IMG/VR virus record: IMGVR_UViG_3300037313_000125
Coordinates: 1-25,969 of that record
DNA: 25,969 nt
Source of the DNA: a virus
Taxonomy: Duplodnaviria; Caudoviricetes
Direction: 5' to 3' (one strand)
The notes beneath the pieces are model-generated. The model ran no database searches. It saw only the letters and a list, made by a program, of their open reading frames with translations, and had not been told where the DNA came from. This document shows positions 1 to 7,715 of the stretch, in pieces. A program made the translations under genes and the position numbers. Position 1 is the stretch's first letter. Every line of letters begins with the position of its first letter.

Positions 1-574
1 CGGACTCTTCAGAAGAAACTCCACGATAGCCGAATTCGTTCAGCATGAAGTCCATTTGACTCATATCATCGCAGGTCTTCTCAAAGTATTCCTGACAGAT
101 ACGACGAATGTCATAGGACCCAGTGCCGACAGTCGTAGGATACCAAGTTTTCATCAATAAGGTCTCTACGAAGCAAGGCAACCAAAAGAATCGCGGATGT
201 GTATTCCTGATTGTCATCAACACATTCCGTGTGTTGACACGCGTACCCTCAGGAACAGCACGAATACGCAGAGGAAGATTACCCTGAAGTTCGTTAACGA
301 GATACTTCCAATCATCATAACGGAAATAATCTCCACCAAGATGTTCGTTAATGAAAGGACGTGCAGCTTCAACATCTTCATTGGTCGGCTTCAGATTAAT
401 CAGGTACTTCTTGATGTAATACTGGAGCATGTTGAATTCAGCGTAGGCGAATGGCCCACCTCGCGATTCAAGGTAACACTCTGTATACTCAGTACCGGGA
501 GGGTACTGAGATGCGTGAGTGTACTTATAGGAATCGGATCGAAATACGATACTGTCTTCAGTTTCCATTGTCAT
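1..574 (-). CDS. nadV: Nicotinamide phosphoribosyltransferase (NAMPT/NadV), N-terminal part; runs off the left edge
   Basis: Not in the ORF track; translated by hand: MTMETEDSIVFRSDSYKYTHASQYPPG..YLESRGG..LQYYIKKYL..LPLRIRAVPEGTRV..NVLMTIRNTHP.FFWLPCFVETLLMKTWYPTTVGT..FMLNEFGYRGVSSEES. DSYK, ESRG, AVPEG, ETLL, WYPTTV and FGYRGVSS are NAMPT hallmarks. AAAGGA SD upstream of the ATG at 574. Confidence 0.93.
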   Translation of the reverse strand, partial: MTMETEDSIVFRSDSYKYTHASQYPPGTEYTECYLESRGGPFAYAEFNMLQYYIKKYLINLKPTNEDVEAARPFINEHLGGDYFRYDDWKYLVNELQGNLPLRIRAVPEGTRVNTRNVLMTIRNTHPRFFWLPCFVETLLMKTWYPTTVGTGSYDIRRICQEYFEKTCDDMSQMDFMLNEFGYRGVSSEES

Positions 575-872
575 CTTTCACATCCTTTAACGAAGTAGGA
601 ATCGGACCATAATATCTTTCAATGAAGCCGTAATCCATGAGGTTACTGAAAAGGCTGATGTACCCAAAGAATATTGACCATAGTAAATCACCTTGATGGC
701 ACTCATCCATGTCTTCATACGTGTATTGCATGTCAATACCCATACTACGATCATACTTAAGATCGCGCATTCTCTTCTTATACCTGGCTGCATTGGAAAT
801 TCCGAATGCATAGTATCCAGAAATGGCCCAGGTAATGAAGAAACAACTAAGCACGAATCCAGCTAAAAGCAT
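558..872 (-). CDS. Hypothetical membrane-anchored protein (104 aa)
   Basis: N-terminal hydrophobic helix (LLAGFVLSCFFITWAISGYYAFGI) followed by basic residues; overlaps both neighbouring genes by a few codons. Confidence 0.65.
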   Translation of the reverse strand: MLLAGFVLSCFFITWAISGYYAFGISNAARYKKRMRDLKYDRSMGIDMQYTYEDMDECHQGDLLWSIFFGYISLFSNLMDYGFIERYYGPIPTSLKDVKDDNGN

Positions 873-1828
873 ACATCCTCAACTTTGATAACATTCGAAA
901 CAGCCTGTTGCGGTTTCTTGATACCACGGTACGTAGCGTAAGCGTGACGCAGTTCCTCATGTTCTGGCATGAACATGACTTTGTAGATATCGGCAATTTT
1001 GAACCACTTCACTTCTTCGATATCATCCATCGCTTTGTCTTGCCCATACATCTTGCGTCCCTGGAAAAATGCAGTTGTGATGGACTTCGACTGAATATCT
1101 GCATATCGCCAATCGTTGATCGGGAAGCTTCCAATAAAGTTCACTTCAGCAATCGATCCACCAGTTTCTTCAGAAGCTTCTCGGCGTGCTGCGGCCTCAA
1201 GCGACTCTTTCGGGTTAACATAGCCACCCACGAAACGATATCCATCTTCACCAGGCTTACGAGCAAGGAGAACCTCGTCACCTGCGTTGTTCTCGACGGC
1301 AATATCAACAGTCATATGGACTTGATTGTACTGGTTCGCAGTGCTGTAGCAAATACCCCGACGAAAATCGTCACTGTTTACAACCGTGTGGAATGCAGCT
1401 TGACGTAGCTTAGTGGCAGATTCGTCACTCTGGGCCTCAAGTTCAACAGTTTTGAACTTGCCTCTGTAGTGAGGAATGAACGAATCGCGCCCACCATAGA
1501 GTGCAATCGTCTCAATAGGATACACACTGCGAAGGAGAGCGTCGATGTTCTTAGACCACTCTACATCGGTTCTCTTGTCGTGTAACGGAAGGATCAACAC
1601 AGTCGGATAATCTTTCGCAATCATCAGCCGACGAGTGTTGAAATCGAGAGGATTCTTCTCAGTGAGCATCACGGGAGAAATGCCAAGGAGAACGCAAACT
1701 TTCTGGTGTTTCGAGAGGACAGTACACAGCAGTTCGTGGTGAGCTTCTGTGAGATTGGGAGTCTGAAAGCGTGCGATGATCACGCCTACATCTGTCTTAG
1801 GGGAGACTACTTTAAGAATCTTGTCCAT
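863..1828 (-). CDS. Bifunctional NMN adenylyltransferase / Nudix (ADP-ribose pyrophosphatase-like) hydrolase, NadM-Nudix / NatV type
   Basis: N-terminal GVIIARFQ..TEAH (HxGH-type variant), KNPLDFNTR and SATKLR nucleotidyltransferase motifs; C-terminal Nudix box GGYVNPKESLEAAARREASEETGG; next to NAMPT. Confidence 0.92.
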   Translation of the reverse strand: MDKILKVVSPKTDVGVIIARFQTPNLTEAHHELLCTVLSKHQKVCVLLGISPVMLTEKNPLDFNTRRLMIAKDYPTVLILPLHDKRTDVEWSKNIDALLRSVYPIETIALYGGRDSFIPHYRGKFKTVELEAQSDESATKLRQAAFHTVVNSDDFRRGICYSTANQYNQVHMTVDIAVENNAGDEVLLARKPGEDGYRFVGGYVNPKESLEAAARREASEETGGSIAEVNFIGSFPINDWRYADIQSKSITTAFFQGRKMYGQDKAMDDIEEVKWFKIADIYKVMFMPEHEELRHAYATYRGIKKPQQAVSNVIKVEDVCF

Positions 1829-1865
1829 GTTTAAGAGATATCACCTTCATAACTATAGTGTATTT

Positions 1866-1892
1866 GAGGGTGAGAAAATCTCACCCTCTTTT
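1866..1892. terminator. Intergenic hairpin, probable intrinsic terminator
   Basis: GAGGGTGAGA-aaa-TCTCACCCTC perfect 10-bp stem; the T-run (TTTT) follows on the + strand. Confidence 0.6.
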
Positions 1893-1899
1893 AGGTTAC

Positions 1900-2172
1900 T
1901 TAGCAGGTAGTGAAGAAGTCCCGAATCTTAGCAGCAGTTTCAAGGACCTTGTCAATATCGACATCTCCAGGGATCATTTCGATCCCGCATTCATCATCGA
2001 CAAAGGTCACATCAGCGGCAAGTTCTTCTTCCTTGAACTTTCTCAAGGCTTCTTCAGTTTGCTTTTTAGTGCGGTGTTCCTCTAGCCTAAGGAAAGCAAC
2101 CGTCCTTCGGTTGCTTGCTTCCTCGATCTCATAAGCGAGTCTAACGATCTCCAGTTTGATTTCATTCTCCAT
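1900..2172 (-). CDS. Hypothetical helical protein (~90 aa)
   Basis: ATG at 2172 has an AAGAGG SD; the pattern EIKLEIVRLA...DKVLETAAKIRDFF resembles small T4-like phage hypotheticals. Confidence 0.7.
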   Translation of the reverse strand: MENEIKLEIVRLAYEIEEASNRRTVAFLRLEEHRTKKQTEEALRKFKEEELAADVTFVDDECGIEMIPGDVDIDKVLETAAKIRDFFTTC

Positions 2173-2581
2173 TGTCAGTTGCCTCTTTTCTGAATTTTCC
2201 AATATTGTACTTGGGGAGTAGATTCCACTTGGGCTTCTCTGTGAACGAGATAATATTGACTTTATGGATCGGAGCTAATTCCTTCTCTGTCATGTCATCA
2301 ACAATCTCAACAAGCTTCCAATCTTCAAGGAGCTTCACGATGCGGTTGCGTCTCGACTGGTCTTCACTCGTGAAGTCTGCTACCTTTCGATCAAGGGCGA
2401 ACAGTTCCTTAAAGTGAACGATCTTATAACGGCCCTTCTTATGCAGAATATGGCAGCTTTGATACAGGGTAGTATTCTTAACTGACTTGATGCCAATACG
2501 AGTCAGTGTCTCTTTTACTTTAAGGAATGTATCGTTATCAGGTAACTTAATTTCGATTCCAATTTCATCAAATGTAGTCAT
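2162..2581 (-). CDS. regA: RegA translational repressor
   Basis: FLKVKETLTRIGI, TLYQSCHILHKKGRY.IVHFKELFALD and KWNLLPKYNIG; canonical position after gp62. Confidence 0.96.
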   Translation of the reverse strand: MTTFDEIGIEIKLPDNDTFLKVKETLTRIGIKSVKNTTLYQSCHILHKKGRYKIVHFKELFALDRKVADFTSEDQSRRNRIVKLLEDWKLVEIVDDMTEKELAPIHKVNIISFTEKPKWNLLPKYNIGKFRKEATDNGE

Positions 2582-3000
2582 TTCTTCTTTTCCTTCTTGA
2601 CCTTAATATTTTCAACTTGTCCAGGGTCAAGCATCTCTCTTATGTAGTTCAAATCATTCTCGCTGAGGATCTTCAGCACTTCTTTCGCTTTCGCGTTGGA
2701 GTAGCCGAAGTATCTCTTCACAAGATCAAGATCAGGATTGTCTTCTTTCTTCAACCACTTACTGTAACGCTTTCGCGATCTCACGGCGTAATAGTAGTAG
2801 TCGTATTGCATCCTGTTATCTAATGCAGACCTCAAGTTCATTGCTTGGGCGTGCATTAGAGTATCAGGAAAGGAACTCATGCATCGGTTGATGATATAGG
2901 GATTGTAGTCCTTCTCTGCTTCATACGCAGTCTCTATATCATCCATCAAGTGCTTAGTCTTCTGATTTATGGAAGGTAAAAAATCTTTAAACAGATCCAC
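2578..3000 (-). CDS. gp62: Clamp loader small subunit (T4 gp62)
   Basis: YNPYIINRCMS.FPDTLMHAQAMN, QYDYYYYAVR.RKRYSKWLK and LVKRYFGYSNAKAKEVL. Start reassigned to the GTG at 3000, which has a GGAG SD; the track's extension to 3165 lies inside the upstream gene. Confidence 0.93.
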   Translation of the reverse strand: MDLFKDFLPSINQKTKHLMDDIETAYEAEKDYNPYIINRCMSSFPDTLMHAQAMNLRSALDNRMQYDYYYYAVRSRKRYSKWLKKEDNPDLDLVKRYFGYSNAKAKEVLKILSENDLNYIREMLDPGQVENIKVKKEKKK

Positions 3001-3616
3001 CTTTAACTCCAAGTGCCTGAAGTAAGTCATTCGACATAAAAGAGGTGTTGCAGTATTTACGGTTCTTGTAGAGAACGTTAATACTCTTGGAGTTCTTCCA
3101 TGTCGAAGCTTGCACAGCAGGCCATTTTCTTCTTTTATCGATCCAAGCATGTATCTTGGAGTCATTGTATTTGAAGGTGACGACGTGTGTCAGCACGCCT
3201 TCTGGTGTGAAACCAGCAGCAGCAAACACAGGATTGTCACTCTTGAGATTGGAGAGTTTTTGAGAGGAAATATTGGTCCCAAGTCTCATGTTACCTCGCA
3301 TCTTATGTTTCGCAGATGTAGGAACTTGAGCACTGGTCTTTGCACCACGATTTGTCTCAGTCTTTACTTCAAGAGGATCACCATTCTTTGTCGTCCCATC
3401 GTACCCAATGATGTCTGTAGAGTGATCAGCTTTTACGACCATACAGACAACCATTTCACGTAGAAATCCACCAAGTTGAGGAATAGACATGGTCCATTCA
3501 ATCAGATCAAAAGCGGATATGTCAAATTTACAGGCAATCTCACGTACTCTATCGGATTTTCCTTTAGCATGATTTAGATACATCTGCCTGATAGCATTAG
3601 ATTTAGTTATATCCAT
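2987..3616 (-). CDS. Putative PD-(D/E)xK restriction-endonuclease-fold protein
   Basis: GFLRE...GYDG.....PLEVKT spacing fits an E..D..ExK catalytic motif; basic protein inserted between gp44 and gp62. Confidence 0.55.
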   Translation of the reverse strand: MDITKSNAIRQMYLNHAKGKSDRVREIACKFDISAFDLIEWTMSIPQLGGFLREMVVCMVVKADHSTDIIGYDGTTKNGDPLEVKTETNRGAKTSAQVPTSAKHKMRGNMRLGTNISSQKLSNLKSDNPVFAAAGFTPEGVLTHVVTFKYNDSKIHAWIDKRRKWPAVQASTWKNSKSINVLYKNRKYCNTSFMSNDLLQALGVKGGSV

Positions 3617-3664
3617 TAAACATGGTTAAATCATAACGAATCAGTTCACCTAACCTCCCTCGAT

Positions 3665-3946
3665 TTATTCAGCGATTAACGTTACTTCGGTCACAAGTTT
3701 TGCGTTATGAACAATGACCTTAGCAATTGGAAAGTATACAGATTCTCTGTAGCCTAACGCACGATCTTTCTCCAACTCTGTTTCCATTTCTTTTGTGTTC
3801 ACAAAATTAATGGCGGATGTCAGATCTTCTGCAAGTACGGTATAAAACCATTTACGTTCGTAGGGACTTTCCCATTTCTCTCTTTTATGATCAGTGTAAC
3901 TTGAACCTATCACTTCATATACATATTTCGGTTTTTTAATCCACAT
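3665..3946 (-). CDS. Hypothetical protein (~93 aa)
   Basis: ATG at 3946 (MWIKK) preceded by a GAGGT SD just after the gp44 stop. Confidence 0.7.
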   Translation of the reverse strand: MWIKKPKYVYEVIGSSYTDHKREKWESPYERKWFYTVLAEDLTSAINFVNTKEMETELEKDRALGYRESVYFPIAKVIVHNAKLVTEVTLIAE

Positions 3947-3953
3947 TGATACC

Positions 3954-4901
3954 TCACGCCTTCCATTCGACTTCAACCATTAACTCGACTATCAGAGCCA
4001 TCAAGTTAATTTCTTGATCAGCTACGAACCCAGATCGATACATGTACTCACCAATCTTGAGAATCGCAACAGGGATCGAGTTGTCTTCCATTTGGGTGTA
4101 GGCAGCATCGTAGATTGATCGCATGATTCTGGTGGGATCATTGTCAATTGATTCCACCGTCCACTTACGAACCTTATCGAAGTCTTTATCCTTCATTGCC
4201 TTGATCAGTTCGTTGATCTTGACTTCACCAAGGTTATTAAGAATACCTTCATCGATCTTGCCACTCACAGAGTATGCTTGAAGCTCATTCAGAATTCTAC
4301 GGAAATCTGGAAAGTGCTTCTTAATGAGTGGAGGAAGAACCTTCTCATTATACTCAACTCCTTCTGTTTCAAGGATCACTTTGATACGCTTGAAGAGTTG
4401 AGCGGCTAACTTCGCAATGTCAGTTTTTGGAATTCGGAAATCAATGACAGAACACCGGGAGTGAATTGCTTCAATGACACGATTCTTCAGGTTACATGTA
4501 AGAATGAAACCACAATTACGTGAGAACTCTTCCATGAACCCACGCAGAGCGGGCTGTGTACTTTGAGGATTGAGGAAGTCGGCCTCATCGAGTATCACAA
4601 TCTTACGACCGTTACCAATCAGGCTGACTGTGCTGGCAAACTGACGAATCTCGGTTCTCAGAGTATCGATGTTACCTTTTTCTGAAGCATTGATAAGGTA
4701 GCAATCTGCTTTAAGTTCTGCGGCTAGCGCCCGGGCTACTGTAGTCTTACCACAACCCGGGCCACCAGACAATAACAGATTGTTCTGCAAATCACCAGCT
4801 TTAACAATGGCGCGAAACTTATCCTTGATATGTTCAGGAAGGATACAATCTTCAATCGTGTTGGGTCTGTAGCGTTCAACCCAAACTAAGTTATCTCTCA
4901 T
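3954..4901 (-). CDS. gp44: Clamp loader large subunit, AAA+ ATPase (T4 gp44)
   Basis: WVERYRP, Walker A GGPGCGKTT, Walker B IVILDEAD, SRC motif and FPDFRRILNELQ. Confidence 0.97.
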   Translation of the reverse strand: MRDNLVWVERYRPNTIEDCILPEHIKDKFRAIVKAGDLQNNLLLSGGPGCGKTTVARALAAELKADCYLINASEKGNIDTLRTEIRQFASTVSLIGNGRKIVILDEADFLNPQSTQPALRGFMEEFSRNCGFILTCNLKNRVIEAIHSRCSVIDFRIPKTDIAKLAAQLFKRIKVILETEGVEYNEKVLPPLIKKHFPDFRRILNELQAYSVSGKIDEGILNNLGEVKINELIKAMKDKDFDKVRKWTVESIDNDPTRIMRSIYDAAYTQMEDNSIPVAILKIGEYMYRSGFVADQEINLMALIVELMVEVEWKA

Positions 4902-4922
4902 ACTATATGTCCTTTATTCCTG

Positions 4923-5354
4923 TTAGTTCAATACTGCCAGCTTGTAATTCGTCGTGACTGCGTAATATGTCGTACCCAAGCAGTTCGGACACGATGCAAG
5001 CACCTGAAGAGGAATGTTCTGCATACGAGTCTTCAGGGCGTTCTTATAGCGGCGAGTGTTGAGGTGAATGATGTTCAGAGCACCTTCCTTGTCAATCACA
5101 CCGGCTGCGAGATGCATCGAACGAAGCTTACCACAATGGATGCAGTGCAGCTTGTCATCAACACGCTTTCCCTTGATAGCCTTTCTTGCGACTCTCTGAG
5201 ACTTAGGAATTGCTCGAAGTGACCGAATCGTCAGCATCGGAGTTTCATCTTTCTCCTTTGACGAGTTGACGATCATATCAGGATCTAAAGTTCCCTTATA
5301 AATGCCTTGCAGTTCAGACGCACTAAGGGAAGTGGGATCAATAATTTTGCTCAT
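4923..5354 (-). CDS. Hypothetical protein with a probable Zn site (two CxxC)
   Basis: CIHC and CPNC pairs; AAGGA SD. Confidence 0.7.
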   Translation of the reverse strand: MSKIIDPTSLSASELQGIYKGTLDPDMIVNSSKEKDETPMLTIRSLRAIPKSQRVARKAIKGKRVDDKLHCIHCGKLRSMHLAAGVIDKEGALNIIHLNTRRYKNALKTRMQNIPLQVLASCPNCLGTTYYAVTTNYKLAVLN

Positions 5355-5367
5355 AAATTGTCCTTGG

Positions 5368-5403
5368 AAAATAAATAAGAGCTTGGTGGGGGAACCAAGC
5401 TCT
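5368..5403 (-). terminator. Rho-independent terminator
   Basis: AGAGCTTGGT/ACCAAGCTCT 10-bp stem (5378-5403) followed on the minus strand by TATTTATTTT. Confidence 0.75.
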
Positions 5404-5450
5404 CATGGGTTGTACTACAGGAGGGATTTAATTTGTAGGTGGGAAACTAT

Positions 5451-5738
5451 TTATCCCAGTGTGATGGTCGCTTCGATCTCTTCGTAGCTCTGGATCGTGT
5501 CATAGTAATAAAGACTGATGACTTCTCCTAGATTGTTATCAGGAGTAATGCGAATGACATTGGAATTATCTGAGGTCTTCAGAAAGACCCCTTCAGAATA
5601 CTTACCGTAGTCGGTCTGAACTTTCCCAGAGAACACTGTTCCCTGCGTTACGGTAAAAATGCTCTTGGTCTTAAGAGTCTTAACTCGGTTGTCAACAACC
5701 TTCACATTTGCGGACTTAGTAGTTTTCTTCGTAGCCAT
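5451..5738 (-). CDS. Hypothetical beta-rich protein, paralog of 5751..6017
   Basis: AAGGAG SD; shares KVVDNR, FSGK, EG.F, I.P...GE and Y.E motifs with its neighbour. Confidence 0.8.
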   Translation of the reverse strand: MATKKTTKSANVKVVDNRVKTLKTKSIFTVTQGTVFSGKVQTDYGKYSEGVFLKTSDNSNVIRITPDNNLGEVISLYYYDTIQSYEEIEATITLG

Positions 5739-5750
5739 TTTATATTCTCC

Positions 5751-6017
5751 TTATTCAACAGTAACCGTCAGCTTAACTTCCTGATAGTTCTCAATTTCTT
5801 CCCAATAGCTGGGATACTCATGTTCACCAAATTGCTTTACAGGTGAAATAACGATAACAGCATCATCACCATCTCGATAGAAGATACCCTCTAAATTCTT
5901 ACCAGAGAAGATCATCTTCCCAGAAAATGCAGTATTTGACTTCACATCAGTCCACTTGACTGAAGTAGATGCAGTCTTACGGTTGTCAACAACCTTCAGC
6001 TTATTCGTATTTGCCAT
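5751..6017 (-). CDS. Hypothetical beta-rich protein, paralog of 5451..5738
   Basis: Starts 2 nt after the gp45 stop; colinear similarity to the downstream ORF. Confidence 0.8.
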   Translation of the reverse strand: MANTNKLKVVDNRKTASTSVKWTDVKSNTAFSGKMIFSGKNLEGIFYRDGDDAVIVISPVKQFGEHEYPSYWEEIENYQEVKLTVTVE

Positions 6018-6019
6018 GA

Positions 6020-6721
6020 TTAACCTTTCTTATAGGACAGAAACTGCTCTTCCAGAGAGACAACATAGTTCACATCGAGATCCTTGTTGGTGAATCGAGA
6101 GATACCATGCTGCGAGATTTCAACATCATACGAACCCTTGAGGAACTTCAGGCGGTCAACGTTGAACATCAGCTTGAACGTGTCGCCATTGCTTTCACCC
6201 AGATCCATTTCAAAACTGTCGTCAGTCGATTTTTCACCAATGACGTTCAGCTTCATTGTCTTACCATTGCTTGTAATACCAAAGAACTTAGAGCCGAGAT
6301 ACGAAGCAGACTTGGTGATATCTTGAATCGCGTCTTCCTCTAAAAGAAAACGGATATCAGGTGACGAAAGTGCCTCATTGATCTTCGAACGATTCTCAGG
6401 AGGGGAAACGATCATGCTCTCAGCGATGTACCAGAATCGTGTACGCTTTGAGCCATTCTTTTCAACAACATCGACATACTTACCATTCTCAGAGTCAAAC
6501 TCAAGAATAGGATCACTGAAGATCCCCGTAAGTACACCGAGGAAACGTGAAATATCAGGCAAGCGAAGCTGTGCAGGAAACTTATCAGTAACAGTCGCAG
6601 ATGCGATGATCGTTCCAGAAGGGGTCACGGTTTCAATCAGACTTCCTCGATTGATCACAATCGAAGGGTTCAGATTGGCAAAGTTTTTCAGAATATTCAG
6701 AGTATCAGGAGTTAACTTCAT
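6020..6721 (-). CDS. gp45: DNA polymerase sliding clamp (T4 gp45)
   Basis: MKLTPDTLNILKNFANLNPSI N-terminus, DISRFLGVL, and C-terminal LKFLKGSYDVEIS..GISRF; upstream of gp44. Confidence 0.95.
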   Translation of the reverse strand: MKLTPDTLNILKNFANLNPSIVINRGSLIETVTPSGTIIASATVTDKFPAQLRLPDISRFLGVLTGIFSDPILEFDSENGKYVDVVEKNGSKRTRFWYIAESMIVSPPENRSKINEALSSPDIRFLLEEDAIQDITKSASYLGSKFFGITSNGKTMKLNVIGEKSTDDSFEMDLGESNGDTFKLMFNVDRLKFLKGSYDVEISQHGISRFTNKDLDVNYVVSLEEQFLSYKKG

Positions 6722-7070
6722 TCTTCTTATCCATATAATGTAACATCAAAATAATATAATGGGCTGTCTTCAGCAGATCTTTACGATTGTAGCCTTCTTT
6801 ATTTCCTAAGCGCCACAAGTACGTCATTGCTGATCCACGACAGTATTCTTCTACGATACCACAAGCTTCAAGCCCATCGAGCGCCTGAATTTTTGCAGGG
6901 CTCTTTGCATAATGCTGCCCGTAAGTATCACGAACATACTGGGTGATTTCTTCTATATACTTTCCTTCATTGAAGCGGAACATTGAATTTGGGTCTTGTT
7001 CACCAGATCCGCTTTCATCATGTTCGGTCCCGGAAAGTAAAGCATCGAATTGCTCTTTACTCAGGATCAT
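6705..7070 (-). CDS. DUF3310 (SaV / T7 gp1.7 nucleotide-kinase-like) protein
   Basis: TYGQHY, IQALD, YCRGSAMTYLWRLGNKEG and DLLKTAHY; ATG at 7070 with an AGGAG SD. Confidence 0.8.
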   Translation of the reverse strand: MILSKEQFDALLSGTEHDESGSGEQDPNSMFRFNEGKYIEEITQYVRDTYGQHYAKSPAKIQALDGLEACGIVEEYCRGSAMTYLWRLGNKEGYNRKDLLKTAHYIILMLHYMDKKNEVNS

Positions 7071-7087
7071 GTATCTCCTACTCTTAT

Positions 7088-7116
7088 AGTTTAACAAAGG
7101 TGTGTTAACTTGTCAA
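7088..7116 (-). promoter_or_regulatory. Sigma70-type (early) promoter for the DUF3310-gp45 unit
   Basis: TTGACA-17 nt-TAAACT with an extended -10 TG. Confidence 0.8.
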
Positions 7117-7159
7117 CAAAATAAATGGGATATTGTTTAGTCTTACTCAATATCCCATT
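7117..7159 (-). terminator. Probable intrinsic terminator abutting the promoter
   Basis: AATGGGATATTG (7124-7135) / CAATATCCCATT (7148-7159) 12-bp inverted repeat spanning a stop codon, followed by TATTTTGTT on the minus strand. Confidence 0.65.
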
Positions 7160-7379
7160 GACTCGGATCGTATTTCTCTTCTAATCGCTTTTCTTGGATT
7201 GGGTGTCTCTCTTTCCATTTACAAAAACCACAATCGCAAGTGCAGTGAACAGAAGCTTGAATACCAATTGCTTCAGGAGAGGGTTCTTTATCTTCTCGAT
7301 AAAAGAACCAGCGCTTAAGTATCTTCTTTGCTTTTGCTTTCATCCGTGTAGCATGAAAGCGCCTTAACGCTCTTGACAT
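7143..7379 (-). CDS. Small basic hypothetical protein with a Cys cluster (HCTCDCGFC)
   Basis: GAGGA SD; Arg/Lys-rich N-terminus and CxCxCxxC pattern typical of a small phage Zn-binding family. Confidence 0.7.
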   Translation of the reverse strand: MSRALRRFHATRMKAKAKKILKRWFFYREDKEPSPEAIGIQASVHCTCDCGFCKWKERHPIQEKRLEEKYDPSQWDIE

Positions 7380-7575
7380 AGTAATCCTCTATGTACATGG
7401 CACTAGATTGATCTTCTGCCATTGAGAAGAAGTGAAAACTTCTCCAATCATCGTAACCGGGTTCGTTTTCTCTCGAACGGTCTGCCGCTACTCTGATCTT
7501 TGAAACAATTTTCTTGATGGGGACTGAGAAAATATCCCCATCATTACAGATAAAGTAGGCTTCAGTTGTTCTCAT
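7315..7575 (-). CDS. Hypothetical protein (86 aa)
   Basis: Fills the gap in the operon; start overlaps the end of the upstream small ORF. Confidence 0.55.
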   Translation of the reverse strand: MRTTEAYFICNDGDIFSVPIKKIVSKIRVAADRSRENEPGYDDWRSFHFFSMAEDQSSAMYIEDYYVKSVKALSCYTDESKSKEDT

Positions 7576-7699
7576 TTACGAACTTCATCAAGGTCTTGAA
7601 TAGAAAGTATCCCAATGCGCCTACAATCGTTGCACCTATAATCCAAATTGCAGCGATAGTGAAAATCACCTTAAGCAAAACAAAGAAACTGACGTCCAT
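7562..7699 (-). CDS. Small single-pass membrane protein (45 aa; not in the ORF track)
   Basis: AAGGAG SD, then MDVSFFVLLKVIFTIAAIWIIGATIVGALGYFLFKTLMKFVNENN*. Confidence 0.75.
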   Translation of the reverse strand: MDVSFFVLLKVIFTIAAIWIIGATIVGALGYFLFKTLMKFVNENN

Positions 7700-7715
7700 A
7701 TAATCTCCTTAATAG

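Noticed and set aside
3001-3165. N-terminal extension of gp62 given in the ORF track
   Set aside because: It overlaps the upstream gene; a GTG with a GGAG SD at 3000 gives a normal-length gp62
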